Origin: Candidatus Omnitrophota bacterium | GTDB taxonomy: Bacteria; Omnitrophota; Gorgyraeia; Gygaellales; Profunditerraquicolaceae | Assembly (NCBI GenBank): GCA_028715785.1 | Contig: JAQURC010000004.1 | Span: forward strand, 92,662 to 156,661 | Direction: 5' to 3' | Length of the DNA: 64,000 nt | In this document: piece by piece, positions 1 through 10,078 of the stretch | How positions within the stretch are numbered: the stretch's first letter is position 1 | How the letters are laid out: every line of letters begins with the position of its first letter | Made by a program: the position numbers and the translations under genes | The notes under the pieces: generated by a model | What the model was told of the DNA's origin: nothing | Databases searched by the model: none | Seen by the model: only the letters and a program-made list of their open reading frames with translations

Positions 1-2
1 AC

Positions 3-125
3 TGCGCCTGGGTGTTGATCTACAAAGAGTTGGAGAAAAACAAAAAATTAGAATCATTAAAAGAAATCCGCGGCCCGAAAGATTTTAAGAAATCGATGAA
101 GCCGCATAAATTGACCATGAAATAA
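3..125 (+). CDS. 3' end of an upstream gene (partial); possibly a cysteine desulfurase-like C-terminus given the adjacent iscU
   Basis: Frame 3 is open from the window start to TAA at 123-125 (…CAWVLIYKELEKNKKLESLKEIRGPKDFKKSMKPHKLTMK*). It sits immediately upstream of iscU. Identity not established. Confidence 0.3.
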   Translation, partial: CAWVLIYKELEKNKKLESLKEIRGPKDFKKSMKPHKLTMK

Positions 126-126
126 T

Positions 127-564
127 ATGGCAGAACAGCTTCCTTACAGCGAAAAAGTCATGGACCATTTTATGAACCCCCGCAATGTCGGCGAGATTGC
201 CGACGCCAGCGGTATCGGCACCGTCGGAAACCCGGTTTGCGGGGACATTATGAAGATGTATTTGAAAATAGAGGGCCGGATAATCACGGATGTCAAGTTT
301 AAGACCTTCGGCTGCGGGGCGGCTGTGGCCACAAGCTCCATGGTTACCGAGATGGTCAAAGGAAAGAGTATCGATGATGCATTGAAGATTACCAATAAGG
401 CGGTTGCCGAAGCATTGGGGGGTTTGCCTGCGATTAAAATGCATTGTTCGGTTTTAGCGGAAGAAGCCCTGCGTTCGGCTTTAAAAGATTATTATATAAA
501 ACAAGGCAAAGAGGTCCCGTTTGAAGATAAGGGCCATACCGATGAAGGGGAACACCCTGTATAG
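127..564 (+). CDS. iscU: Fe-S cluster assembly scaffold IscU/NifU (N-terminal-domain type)
   Basis: 145 aa. Three conserved Cys in VCGD, FGCGAA and LPAIKMHCSVLAEEAL (the LPPVKLHCSMLAE-like motif). Confidence 0.85.
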   Translation: MAEQLPYSEKVMDHFMNPRNVGEIADASGIGTVGNPVCGDIMKMYLKIEGRIITDVKFKTFGCGAAVATSSMVTEMVKGKSIDDALKITNKAVAEALGGLPAIKMHCSVLAEEALRSALKDYYIKQGKEVPFEDKGHTDEGEHPV

Positions 565-573
565 TCTAGAGCT

Positions 574-1119
574 ATGTTGACAAAAGCCCAAATACGTAGT
601 AAAATTCTTTTGAAATTAAAAATACAGAAGGAGGAAGACCGAAACCGAAAAAGTAAGCTCATTAAAGACAAACTTTTAAGGAATAAGGTTTTTAAAAAGG
701 CGAAGATCGTCATGTTTTACATCGCTTTTGGTGGAGAGGTAAATACCGAAGAGATGATTAGGGAAGCTAAAAAAATAGGCAAGCTTATATGCGTGCCAAT
801 TTGCAGAAAAGATAGAGAAACCATGCAGCCAGCCATATTCGAAGATCACGCTAAATTAAAAAAAGGCCCTTACGGTGTTTTAGAGCCTGTAGCAGAGGCC
901 CTGGTTAAACCAGAAGACCTGGACCTTGTTATCGTGCCCGGAGTAGCCTTTGATAAAAAAGGCAGGCGCCTGGGCCGCGGCAAAGGCTGTTATGACCGTT
1001 TCTTAAACACTCTTTCTGATGCTGCCTCTTCCATAGGCCTGGCTTTCGATTTCCAAATCTTGCCCTTGGTCCCCACCACCAGTCATGATGTAAGCGTCAA
1101 ACAAATTATCTTCTCCTAA
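574..1119 (+). CDS. 5-formyltetrahydrofolate cyclo-ligase
   Basis: 181 aa. VPGVAFDKKGRRLGRGKGCYDRFL is the typical MTHFS C-terminal motif. Confidence 0.8.
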   Translation: MLTKAQIRSKILLKLKIQKEEDRNRKSKLIKDKLLRNKVFKKAKIVMFYIAFGGEVNTEEMIREAKKIGKLICVPICRKDRETMQPAIFEDHAKLKKGPYGVLEPVAEALVKPEDLDLVIVPGVAFDKKGRRLGRGKGCYDRFLNTLSDAASSIGLAFDFQILPLVPTTSHDVSVKQIIFS

Positions 1120-1166
1120 AAAACTCCTAAAAACTCTGACCAGCAAGGTTAAAAGGGAGGACAGAA

Positions 1167-2723
1167 ATGTTTCTTAACATAGTGGTACTGGTATTTATTG
1201 CCCTGGCCGCAGCATATTCCGGTTATTTCCTGAGAAAACATATCGCCGAGAAAAAACTAAAAAGCGCAGAACTTGAAGCCGAGCATATCCTGGAGGCAGC
1301 CAAGAAGGAGGTCCTGGATAAGCGCCGGGAAGCGGAGCTGGAAGCCAAAGATCTTTTATACCGCATGCGCCAGGATTTTGAACGGGAGATCAAAGACCGC
1401 AAGCTTGAGATTGTGAATCTTGAAAAGAGATTAACGCAGAAAGAAGAGAACATCGACCGCAGGCTGGACCTTTTAGAGAAAAAAGAAAAAGAGATCGACG
1501 CGCGCAATGATAATCTTAAGAAGCAGGAGGAGTCTTTAAAATTAAAAGATAGCCAATTGCACGCTTTAGTTGCCGAAGAAAAGGAAAGGCTGCAGAAAAT
1601 CTCTTCTTTATCGGCCGAGGAGGCAAAACAGATCCTGCTTAACCGCCTCAACGAAGAATTAAATAATGAAAAGGCGATATTCATCAAACGCCAGGAGGAA
1701 GAGGTGCGCAGTATCGCCGATAAGAAGGCCCGCGAGATTTTAAGCCTGGCGATCCAGCGCTGCGCGGCAGAGCATACCGTGGAATCAACCGTCAGCGTGG
1801 TAAATTTGCCCAATGATGAGATGAAAGGCCGGATCATCGGCCGCGAAGGAAGGAATATCCGCGCCCTGGAAATGGCTACCGGGGTAGATGTAATTATCGA
1901 CGATACGCCCGGGGCAGTGACCTTGTCCGGTTTTGACGCTGTGCGCCGCGAGATCGCCCGTTTAAGTTTAGAGAAGCTTATTTCCGACGGCAGAATTCAC
2001 CCCGGCCGCATTGAAGAAATTGTTGAAAAGACCAAAAAAGAGATGGATGAGAAAATCAAGGAGGAAGGGGAACGGGCTGCTTTTGAGTCCGGGATTAACG
2101 GCTTGCATCCGGAAATAATCAAGCTTTTAGGCCGGCTTAAGTACCGCACCAGTTACGGCCAGAACGCCTTGCAGCATTCAAAAGAGGTCTCCTTTTTATT
2201 GGGCATAATGGCTTCGGAACTGGGGCTTGATTTCAAGCTGGGCCGCAGGATCGGGCTTTTGCATGATATCGGCAAGGCGGTAGATCACCAGGTTGAGGGT
2301 ACTCACGCGAAATTAGGGGCGGAACTGGCTAAGAAGTATAATGAGAGCCCTGAAGTCGTTTCAGCGATTGAGTCGCACCATGAAGAAGCGCAGCCGCAAA
2401 GCATGTACGCAGTTTTAGCCGTAGCCGCCGATGCGGTAAGCGCCGCACGCCCCGGCGCCAGAAGGGAAACCCTGGAAATATATGTCAAGCGCCTGGATAA
2501 ATTGGAATCGATTGCCAACCTGTTTAAAGGGGTAGAAAAGTCTTTTGCCATCCAGGCCGGCCGGGAGATCCGCGTCATCGTGCAGCCGGAAAAAATAAGC
2601 GATAGCGAAGCAGTTACTTTGTGCAGGGATATACGTAAAAAGATCGAGGAGGGGATGGAATATCCCGGCCAGATAAAGGTTACGGTAATCCGCGAAACGC
2701 GCACTATTGAATATGCCAAGTAA
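1167..2723 (+). CDS. rny: Ribonuclease Y
   Basis: 518 aa. N-terminal TM helix, long coiled coil, KH domain ([28 protein letters not shown]) and HD domain (LLHDIGKA). SD aaaagggagg precedes the ATG. Confidence 0.9.
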   Translation: MFLNIVVLVFIALAAAYSGYFLRKHIAEKKLKSAELEAEHILEAAKKEVLDKRREAELEAKDLLYRMRQDFEREIKDRKLEIVNLEKRLTQKEENIDRRLDLLEKKEKEIDARNDNLKKQEESLKLKDSQLHALVAEEKERLQKISSLSAEEAKQILLNRLNEELNNEKAIFIKRQEEEVRSIADKKAREILSLAIQRCAAEHTVESTVSVVNLPNDEMKGRIIGREGRNIRALEMATGVDVIIDDTPGAVTLSGFDAVRREIARLSLEKLISDGRIHPGRIEEIVEKTKKEMDEKIKEEGERAAFESGINGLHPEIIKLLGRLKYRTSYGQNALQHSKEVSFLLGIMASELGLDFKLGRRIGLLHDIGKAVDHQVEGTHAKLGAELAKKYNESPEVVSAIESHHEEAQPQSMYAVLAVAADAVSAARPGARRETLEIYVKRLDKLESIANLFKGVEKSFAIQAGREIRVIVQPEKISDSEAVTLCRDIRKKIEEGMEYPGQIKVTVIRETRTIEYAK

Positions 2724-2867
2724 TAAAATTGTGTAATGTGTAAAGTGTAATGCGTAATGCGGGTGTAAAGTAATTATGTGTAACGGAAAAAATAAGCCTT
2801 TTGCATTACACAATAAAACATTACACCTACATTACACGTTACACAGGTAACATTAAACAAAATAAGT
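2724..2867 (+). repeat. Intergenic array of GTGTAA(T/A)G direct repeats (left half) mirrored by (C/A)TTACAC repeats (right half); long imperfect palindrome between rny and the ymdB-like gene
   Basis: Read directly: gtgtaatgtgtaaagtgtaatgcgtaatgcgggtgtaaag…cattacacaataaaacattacacctacattacacgttacac. Confidence 0.6.
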
Positions 2868-3647
2868 ATGAATATTTTATTTATCGGAGATATCGTCGGC
2901 AGCCCGGGCAGAGAGGCGATTAAAAAATTAGTCGGCCCCTTAAGGCGGGATTTACAGATAGATTTTGTGATTGCCAACGCGGAAAATGCCTCCGGCGGTT
3001 CAGGGATTACCTCTAAGGTGGCCGAGGAGCTTTTTTCCTGCGGGGTAGACGTGCTTACTTCCGGCGACCATATCTGGAAGAAGAGCGAAATCTTTGAGTT
3101 GATTAACCGTGAGGAAAGGATTTTACGGCCGTTGAACTTTCCCGTTGGTGCGCCCGGGCGGGGGGCCGCGGTATTTAAAACCCAAGGCGGCCTTAAGGTC
3201 GGAGTGATCAATGTAAATGGCCGGGTTTTTATGGAGGCCCTGGAGTGCCCTTTTAAAACCGCACTTGCCGCCAGTGAAGAGCTGGCAAAAGAAACCAAAA
3301 TTATTATCGTGGATATTCACGCGGAGGCGACTTCTGAAAAAGTCGCCTTGGGCTGGTACCTGGACGGAAAGGTCTCGGCTGTTTTTGGCACGCATACGCA
3401 CATCCAGACCGCCGATGAAAAGATCCTGCCCAAAGGCACGGCATACTTAACCGATGCGGGTATGACCGGCCCTTATGATTCAGTAATCGGCAGAAGGGTT
3501 GAGGATGTGCTTACCCGTTTCTTAAGTTCCATTCCGGTTAAGTTTGAGGTAGCCCAGGAAAATATCCAGCTGCATGGGGTCCTGGTTGAGATAGACGAGA
3601 AAACCGGTAAGGCAGCCTCGGTCTTAAGGATACAGAAAAAACTTTAG
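2868..3647 (+). CDS. YmdB-like metallophosphoesterase (2',3'-cyclic-nucleotide phosphodiesterase family, TIGR00282-like)
   Basis: 259 aa. MNILFIGDIVGSPGR N-terminus plus GDH and GTHTH metal-binding motifs. Conserved rny-ymdB synteny as in Firmicutes. Confidence 0.8.
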   Translation: MNILFIGDIVGSPGREAIKKLVGPLRRDLQIDFVIANAENASGGSGITSKVAEELFSCGVDVLTSGDHIWKKSEIFELINREERILRPLNFPVGAPGRGAAVFKTQGGLKVGVINVNGRVFMEALECPFKTALAASEELAKETKIIIVDIHAEATSEKVALGWYLDGKVSAVFGTHTHIQTADEKILPKGTAYLTDAGMTGPYDSVIGRRVEDVLTRFLSSIPVKFEVAQENIQLHGVLVEIDEKTGKAASVLRIQKKL

Positions 3648-5540
3648 ATGAATAAAAATAAGCCGATGATTAAGATGGGCCGGGTTTTATCTTTCCTGAT
3701 TTTCTCTTTATTTTTTCTAAACGGCTTATGCGTTGCCCAGGTGCCGGATGAGCTGGAATTCAATCTGGATTTGGGCTCTCCTGCAATTCCCGCGCCTAAA
3801 ATATACAAATCCAACATCGATTTAAGCGGCAGAGGTATCCATCGCGATACAACCTGGCCGCAAACGGTAGCGGTTAAAGAAGCCTTAGATACCTGGCAGG
3901 CGGATTTGGGTTTTGGCAATTTTTACCGTATCCAATACAATCTTTGGGATGTTCAACAGCTCTCCAATAACAAAACCGCGCAAGAAAAACTATTAAATAA
4001 CTACGAAGAAGTTATCAAGAAAATCAGTGAAAGCGGCGGGACGGTAATCCTTGATTTATTCGGCACTCCCCATGGCTTAGGCAGGGTCCTTGACAAGAAC
4101 AGCGCTCCGCATAATTTAAAAGAATATAAGGAACTGGTCAAAAATACTATCCGCAGGCTGAGCTGCGAGAAAAAATATAATATCTGGTATGAGGTCTGGA
4201 ACGCGCCGGACCTGGAGGATTTCTTTCTGGGGGAAAGGTCAGAGTACTTTGCTCTTTACCGCAGCGTAGCCGAAGCAATAAAGGAGCTGCGCCAGGAAAC
4301 TAAAATACATATACCTCTGGGCGGGCCGTCGGTAAGCGCCTGGTTCAGGAACCTCCAGCCCAATAACATACTTTCGCCTGAAGGCAGCCTGATTTATGAG
4401 TTGATAAAATATTGTTACAGTTACCGGCTGCCCCTGGATTTTATCTCCTGGCACGCTTATTCCAGCGATCCGCAGGAGGAAAAACAGGACACTATTTATA
4501 ATAAACCTTTTGTTAAACTCATCCGCGAGTGGTTAAGTTACTTCCATTTTGACAGCAATATGCCCTTGGTTATCGATGAATGGAATTTTGACGCCTCCGC
4601 CAATATTCTGCCGGAAAGAGGCAGGAATGCCTATATTTGCGCCAGCTACATTCCGGCGCGGCTTAAAAACATGCAGGAGGCCCGGATTGATTATCAAACC
4701 TATTTCTGCCTTGAGGACTTTGGAGGCAGCAAAGGCGGACCGGCCAGGAACCTGGGTGTTTTTTCATTTGACCTGGCGCATTCGGAATCCAAAGGTTATG
4801 CCAAATCCAGCTACAATATTTTCCGCATGCTCAATCTCCTGGGGCAGGATTTATTTACCGCCGCAGTTAATGATGATTTTGTCGGGGTAATCCCCACCAA
4901 GTCACAGGATTATCTGGCCATACTTATTTATAATTATATCGACCCGCTTGCGGCAATGAATTATTTATCCCGCAATATAGTTTATTTAAACGGCAATGAC
5001 CGGAAATCATTATTAAACATCGTAAAATCCGACAGGATGGAAAAGGTCCTTTCCGGCCATCTGGATATTGCCACCTTGCGGCTTGGCGCTAAGGCAAAAG
5101 GAATGCTTGGCCGCTCAATAGAGCTGCAAAATTCAGTAAATAAGTTTTCCGTAACCAATCGCAAATTAAAAATTTCTCTTAAAGGCTTAAAAGATATTTA
5201 TGTCCTTAGTAAATATACTGTAGATAGCAAATGCAGCCGGGATTGCGAATTTAAATCCACGGAAGAGAAGGATGTAGATTTTAATCAGGATTATGTTGAG
5301 ACGGCGGAATTGAGCCCTTATTCAGCACAGCTTTTAGTTTTTAAGAAAAAACCTGCGCCGCCTACAGTTTTACCGGCTGAAGCAGGGCCAGAGGAAAAAC
5401 CTGTTCCGCCGCCACCTTTAGCTGGCGGAAGCCAAACCACGGTCTTGCCGGCCGAAGTAAAGGCGCAGGAGAGGCCCGCTGAAATAAAGCCGGCAGAGAA
5501 GGACCCTCTTAAAGAGACAAAAAATGCAGAAAACAAGTAA
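3648..5540 (+). CDS. Secreted clan GH-A-like (GH39/GH5-like) protein with Pro/Glu/Lys-rich C-terminal tail; possibly catalytically altered
   Basis: 630 aa. Signal peptide (MIKMGRVLSFLIFSLFFLNGLCVAQ). YEVWNAPDL sits where clan GH-A enzymes have the acid/base NEP. VIDEWNF is a candidate nucleophile region. The C-terminus is a PAPPTVLPAEAGPEEKPVPPPP low-complexity tail. Confidence 0.5.
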   Translation: MNKNKPMIKMGRVLSFLIFSLFFLNGLCVAQVPDELEFNLDLGSPAIPAPKIYKSNIDLSGRGIHRDTTWPQTVAVKEALDTWQADLGFGNFYRIQYNLWDVQQLSNNKTAQEKLLNNYEEVIKKISESGGTVILDLFGTPHGLGRVLDKNSAPHNLKEYKELVKNTIRRLSCEKKYNIWYEVWNAPDLEDFFLGERSEYFALYRSVAEAIKELRQETKIHIPLGGPSVSAWFRNLQPNNILSPEGSLIYELIKYCYSYRLPLDFISWHAYSSDPQEEKQDTIYNKPFVKLIREWLSYFHFDSNMPLVIDEWNFDASANILPERGRNAYICASYIPARLKNMQEARIDYQTYFCLEDFGGSKGGPARNLGVFSFDLAHSESKGYAKSSYNIFRMLNLLGQDLFTAAVNDDFVGVIPTKSQDYLAILIYNYIDPLAAMNYLSRNIVYLNGNDRKSLLNIVKSDRMEKVLSGHLDIATLRLGAKAKGMLGRSIELQNSVNKFSVTNRKLKISLKGLKDIYVLSKYTVDSKCSRDCEFKSTEEKDVDFNQDYVETAELSPYSAQLLVFKKKPAPPTVLPAEAGPEEKPVPPPPLAGGSQTTVLPAEVKAQERPAEIKPAEKDPLKETKNAENK

Positions 5541-6735
5541 ACATATTTATACCGTTTCAGAGATCACTCAGGCAATCAAGGGTTTACTTGAGGAGGCAAT
5601 CGGAGAGATCTGGCTTGAAGGGGAGATCTCCAATTTTAAGGCCGCCTCAAGCGGCCATTTTTATTTTTCACTCAAAGATCAAAACTCTTTGATCCTGGCA
5701 GCGATGTTTGCCAACGCAAATAAAGGGTTGAAGTTCAAGCTGGAGGATGGCCTGAAAGTCATCTGTTTTGGGAAAGTGGATGTCTATGGGCCGCGCGGCC
5801 AGTATCAAATTATTGTCGAACGGATCGAGCCCAAAGGAGTGGGTGCCCAGCAATTAGCTTTTGAGCAACTGAAAAAGAAATTAGAGTCAGAAGGGCTCTT
5901 TGAGGCGAGCCATAAAAAGCCGCTTCCCCGAATGCCGTTTTCGGTGGGAATAGTTACATCTGCCAAGGGCGCGGCAGTGCGCGATATTTTACAAATCCTT
6001 AAAAAAGGCGTCTCCTGCGTGGATGTGGTTTTGCGCGATGTGCGCGTGCAGGGGGAGCAGGCAGCCGCGGAAATTGCCCAAGCCATAGAAGACCTGAACG
6101 ATTTTTCCAAAACAGATCTGATTATTGTCAGCCGCGGAGGAGGGAGCACGGAGGACCTCCGGTCATTTAATGAGGAGATTGTGGCAAGAGCAATTTATAA
6201 TTCCCAACTTCCGGTAATATCCGCGGTAGGCCACCAAATTAATACCACCTTATCGGATCTTGCCGCGGATGTTTTTGTCGAGACTCCTTCGGCAGCCGCA
6301 AAGATCATTGTCGATAAGAAAAATGCATTGCTTGCCGGACTCACCGACTCCAGGCGCCAACTGGATTTTTCGATCAACGATAAAATCGGGGATTTAAAGA
6401 ACAGGCTTACCGGTTTTACGCATATGCTTAAAAGCCCGCGCGACCGCCTGCTTGAAAAACTACAACAGGTGGATGAATTGCTTTCCGGATTAAATTACAA
6501 TATGCGCCATACTCTGGAATTGGCCTCGGAACGCCGTAATTCGTCAATCCAAAGGCTGGGGGCATTAAGTCCGCTGTCCGTATTATCCCGCGGCTATAGC
6601 TTAAGCATGCGTATGCCCGCAGAAACAATCGTTAAAGATATCTCTCAAATAAAGCCGGGGGACAGACTAAAAACAGTTTTGCACAAAGGCTCATTTATCA
6701 GCGCTGTGGAGGAGGTATTTGGCAATGAAGGATAA
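5524..6735 (+). CDS. xseA: Exodeoxyribonuclease VII large subunit
   Basis: 403 aa. The OB-fold N-terminus (VSEITQAIKGLLEE…IWLEGEISNFK…SGHFYFSLKD) is typical of XseA. It overlaps the upstream gene by 17 nt. Confidence 0.9.
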   Translation: MQKTSKHIYTVSEITQAIKGLLEEAIGEIWLEGEISNFKAASSGHFYFSLKDQNSLILAAMFANANKGLKFKLEDGLKVICFGKVDVYGPRGQYQIIVERIEPKGVGAQQLAFEQLKKKLESEGLFEASHKKPLPRMPFSVGIVTSAKGAAVRDILQILKKGVSCVDVVLRDVRVQGEQAAAEIAQAIEDLNDFSKTDLIIVSRGGGSTEDLRSFNEEIVARAIYNSQLPVISAVGHQINTTLSDLAADVFVETPSAAAKIIVDKKNALLAGLTDSRRQLDFSINDKIGDLKNRLTGFTHMLKSPRDRLLEKLQQVDELLSGLNYNMRHTLELASERRNSSIQRLGALSPLSVLSRGYSLSMRMPAETIVKDISQIKPGDRLKTVLHKGSFISAVEEVFGNEG

Positions 6736-6964
6736 AGCGACGTTTGAGGAAGACCTAAAAAAGTTGCAGAAGATCGTTGAGGAGCTTGCCAGCGGGAAAA
6801 TTACCCTGGGAGAGTCGCTGAAGAAATACGAAGAGGGGGTAAAAATCGCGCAGGCCTGCTCGCAGACATTGGCCGAGGCGCAGCGCAAAGTGGAATTGCT
6901 GATGAAAAAGGACGGGAAGTTTTCCTTGGAAAAGTTCGACGATTCGGATAGCGAAGAAAAATAA
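6719..6964 (+). CDS. xseB: Exodeoxyribonuclease VII small subunit
   Basis: 81 aa. FEEDLKKLQKIVEELASGKITLGESLKKYEEG matches XseB. Overlaps xseA. Confidence 0.85.
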   Translation: MAMKDKATFEEDLKKLQKIVEELASGKITLGESLKKYEEGVKIAQACSQTLAEAQRKVELLMKKDGKFSLEKFDDSDSEEK

Positions 6965-6967
6965 AAT

Positions 6968-8833
6968 ATGTTTTTAGAAAAAATAAATTCACCGCGGGAT
7001 TTAAAAAAATTAAGCGCGGAAGAGCTCATCCCTCTGGCCGAGGAGATCCGCCAGAGGATGATTGAAGTTGTTTCCCAAACCGGCGGCCATCTTGCTTCCA
7101 GTCTTGGCGCCGTAGAGCTGATTATTGCCTTGCATTACTGTCTGGACACCCCCAAAGATAAAATTATTTTTGATGTGGGGCATCAGGCATACGCGCATAA
7201 AATATTAACCGGACGCAATCCCAGGTTTTCCACGCTTAGGCAATATCAGGGGTTAAGCGGTTTCCCCTCAAAGGATGAATCGGTCTATGATCCTTTTACA
7301 TCAGGCCATAGTTCAAACGCGGTTTCTCTGGGGCTGGGCCTGGTTTGCGCCAGGGACCTTTTGCCTGAAGAAGAGCAGTTTAAAGTGGTTTGTGTAATCG
7401 GCGACGGCTCTTTAAGCGGCGGGCTCTGTTTTGAAGGATTAAACAATGCCGGCCACCTGAAAAAGGACATACTGGTAGTCTTAAATACCAATGAATTAAG
7501 CATTGCCCCAAATGCGGGGGCGATCAGCAACTATCTGAATAAAATTATTTCTCTGCCGGTTTACAACCGTTTCCATAACAACATAGAAAATTTTCTAAAA
7601 ACCCGCGTTCCGCGCGGCAGCCGCCTGTTAAAACTTATGTCTAAGTTTGAAGAGGGCTTGAAAAGGCTGTTTGTGCCGGGGATGTTATTTGAAGAGCTGG
7701 GGTTCCGTTATTTTGGGCCTATCGATGGCCATGATTTAAATAAATTGACCTCGACATTAAAGAGTATTATCGAGACTAAAGGCCCCCGGCTCCTGCATGT
7801 AGTGACTAAAAAAGGCAAGGGTTGCGAGTTTGCCGAAAAGAACCCGGTAAAATTTCACGGTATCGGCTGTTTTGACATAAATACGGGTGAGGTTGAAGTA
7901 AAAAAATCTTCACCGGGATCGAAGAGTTATACTGAAATATTCCGCGATAAGATCGCGCGGCTGGCTAAAGAGGATAAACAGATTGTGGCCATAACCGCTG
8001 CCATGCCGGAAGGGACCGGATTGGATAAATTTCGGGATGATTTTGGCGAAAGATTTTTTGACGTGGGGATTGCCGAGGGGCATGCGGTTTGTTTTGCCGC
8101 CGGCCTGGCTAAGCAGGGATTTAAGCCGGTAGTGGCGATTTATTCCACTTTTTTGCAGCGCGCCTACGATCAGATAATCCAGGAAGTTTCCCTGCAGGAG
8201 CTGCCGGTAATATTTGCTATTGACCGGGCAGGAATTGTAGGGGAAGATGGTGTTACGCATCAGGGCATATTCGACATTGCTTATTTAAAAAGTATTCCAA
8301 ATTTAGTGATCATGGCGCCTAAGAACGGGATTGAGTTGGAGCAGATGCTGGAGTTTGCCCTGCGGTTAAATAAACCCGCGGCGATAAGATATCCTCGCGC
8401 CGGTGTTTCTATGGCAGATGGCCCGTTGACTCCGCTGAAATTAGGGAAAGCGGAATTAATTAAAGAAGGCAGGGATTTTACGATCGTTGCCTTAGGAAGC
8501 ATGGTTTTAGTTGCCAAAGAAGCAATTGAAATGCTGGGTAAAGAAGGGTTGTCCGGCAGTTTAGTCAATGGCCGGTTTGCCGCGCCTTTAGATACGGAAT
8601 TAATTCGGAGTGTTTGCGCAAAAACAAAATTTATTTTTACCGCGGAAGAAGGAATAAAAGATGCGGGTTTTGGCAGTTCTATCGCCCAGGAGCTGGGCGG
8701 CCAGGTAGAACGTATCGGCCTGCCATCTGCATTTATCCCGCACGGAGCAAGAGAGCTGCTTTTAGAAAAATACGGATTAACTGCTTCGGGGATTGCTGAA
8801 AGTATCCGGAAAGTGATAAAAAAGAATGGCTAA
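6968..8833 (+). CDS. dxs: 1-deoxy-D-xylulose-5-phosphate synthase
   Basis: 621 aa. TGGHLASSLGAVELIIALHY, a GDG TPP-binding motif and a transketolase-like C-terminal domain. Confidence 0.9.
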   Translation: MFLEKINSPRDLKKLSAEELIPLAEEIRQRMIEVVSQTGGHLASSLGAVELIIALHYCLDTPKDKIIFDVGHQAYAHKILTGRNPRFSTLRQYQGLSGFPSKDESVYDPFTSGHSSNAVSLGLGLVCARDLLPEEEQFKVVCVIGDGSLSGGLCFEGLNNAGHLKKDILVVLNTNELSIAPNAGAISNYLNKIISLPVYNRFHNNIENFLKTRVPRGSRLLKLMSKFEEGLKRLFVPGMLFEELGFRYFGPIDGHDLNKLTSTLKSIIETKGPRLLHVVTKKGKGCEFAEKNPVKFHGIGCFDINTGEVEVKKSSPGSKSYTEIFRDKIARLAKEDKQIVAITAAMPEGTGLDKFRDDFGERFFDVGIAEGHAVCFAAGLAKQGFKPVVAIYSTFLQRAYDQIIQEVSLQELPVIFAIDRAGIVGEDGVTHQGIFDIAYLKSIPNLVIMAPKNGIELEQMLEFALRLNKPAAIRYPRAGVSMADGPLTPLKLGKAELIKEGRDFTIVALGSMVLVAKEAIEMLGKEGLSGSLVNGRFAAPLDTELIRSVCAKTKFIFTAEEGIKDAGFGSSIAQELGGQVERIGLPSAFIPHGARELLLEKYGLTASGIAESIRKVIKKNG

Positions 8834-9029
8834 GATTGTAATCAATCAGCAAAGGTGTAAGGGGTGTTTTTTGTGCGTGAATTTTTGTCCCAAAGGTTTA
8901 ATTAAAAAAAGCAGGAAACTAAATAAGCGGGGGTTAAATTTTGCGGAATTTGATCCTAGCGGCGGATGTATCGGTTGCGCGATGTGCGCGGTAATCTGCC
9001 CGGATTGCTGCATCGAGGTATATAAATAG
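8826..9029 (+). CDS. 2-oxoacid:ferredoxin oxidoreductase delta subunit (2x[4Fe-4S] ferredoxin)
   Basis: 67 aa with two CxxCxxCxxxCP motifs. It is the first gene of a delta-alpha-beta-gamma set (OorDABC-like order). Confidence 0.8.
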   Translation: MAKIVINQQRCKGCFLCVNFCPKGLIKKSRKLNKRGLNFAEFDPSGGCIGCAMCAVICPDCCIEVYK

Positions 9030-9031
9030 AT

Positions 9032-10078
9032 ATGGAAAAGAAAAAAATATTGATTTCCGGCAACGAAGCAATCGCCGAAGGAGCGCTCCAGGCAGGCTGC
9101 ACCTTTTATGCCGGCTATCCGATTACTCCGCAGAACGAACTTATTGCTTATATGGCAAAGCACATGCCCAAGAAAGGTGTTTTTATCCAGGCAGAGTCAG
9201 AACCGGCGGCGATTAATATGGTTTACGGGGCTGCTGCCGCCGGAGCAAGGTCAATGACTTCATCCTCCAGCCCCGGGATCAGTTTAATGCAGGAAGGGAT
9301 ATCTTACATTGCCGGCTCCCGGCTCCCGGCGGTAATTGTCAATATTATGCGCGGCGGCCCGGGTTTAGGTAATATCGCTCCGGCGCAATCGGATTATTTC
9401 CAGGCCACTCGCGGCGGCGGGCACGGAGATTATCATCTAATCGTTTTGGCTCCGGGGTCCGTGCAGGAAGCCTATGATCTTACCCAAACCAGCTTTGATC
9501 TGGCGGATAAGTATCGTGTCCCGGTGATGATCCTGGGCGATGGAATTTTAGGCCAGATGATGGAACCGGTGCGGTTATCCGCTAAAAAAATCAAGGCCAA
9601 TACTTTTAAAGGCTGGGCGCTCACGGGTTGCCAGGGAAGAAAGCCCAATATCGTTAAATCGTTTTTTCTGCGCGAAGGGGCCTTGGAGGAATTTAATCTT
9701 AAACTGCAAAAAAATTATGAGCTTATCCGGAAAAAAGAAGAGCGCTATGAAGGTTTATTTTTGTCGGACGCCAAGGTAATCCTGGTCGCCTATGGCACAA
9801 TGGCCCGGATCGCTAAAAGTGTCATTAGCCAGTTAAGGAGCGCCGGTAAAAAAGTGGGGTTAATCCGGCCGATCAGCCTCTGGCCGTTTCCGCAAGAACC
9901 ATTTAATCTAAAAAATAAAAAGATAAAATACTTGGTGGTGGAGATGTCCTACGGGCAGATGCTTGAAGATGTAAAACTGGCCGTCTGCGGCCGGCAAAGG
10001 ATAGAATTTTTGGGCCGTTCCGGCGGGGGAGTCCCCAGCCAGGAAGAGATGATCAACAAAATTAAGAAAATATTATAA
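9032..10078 (+). CDS. 2-oxoacid:ferredoxin oxidoreductase alpha subunit
   Basis: 348 aa. ISGNEAIAEGALQAGCTFYAGYPITPQNE…AESEPAAINMVYGAAAAGARSMTSSSSPG. Confidence 0.85.
   Translation: MEKKKILISGNEAIAEGALQAGCTFYAGYPITPQNELIAYMAKHMPKKGVFIQAESEPAAINMVYGAAAAGARSMTSSSSPGISLMQEGISYIAGSRLPAVIVNIMRGGPGLGNIAPAQSDYFQATRGGGHGDYHLIVLAPGSVQEAYDLTQTSFDLADKYRVPVMILGDGILGQMMEPVRLSAKKIKANTFKGWALTGCQGRKPNIVKSFFLREGALEEFNLKLQKNYELIRKKEERYEGLFLSDAKVILVAYGTMARIAKSVISQLRSAGKKVGLIRPISLWPFPQEPFNLKNKKIKYLVVEMSYGQMLEDVKLAVCGRQRIEFLGRSGGGVPSQEEMINKIKKIL

Noticed and set aside
85-444. Minus-strand ORFs of 119 and 83 aa overlapping iscU
   Set aside because: They are antisense to a well-supported conserved gene and have no recognisable motifs, so they are probably spurious six-frame ORFs.
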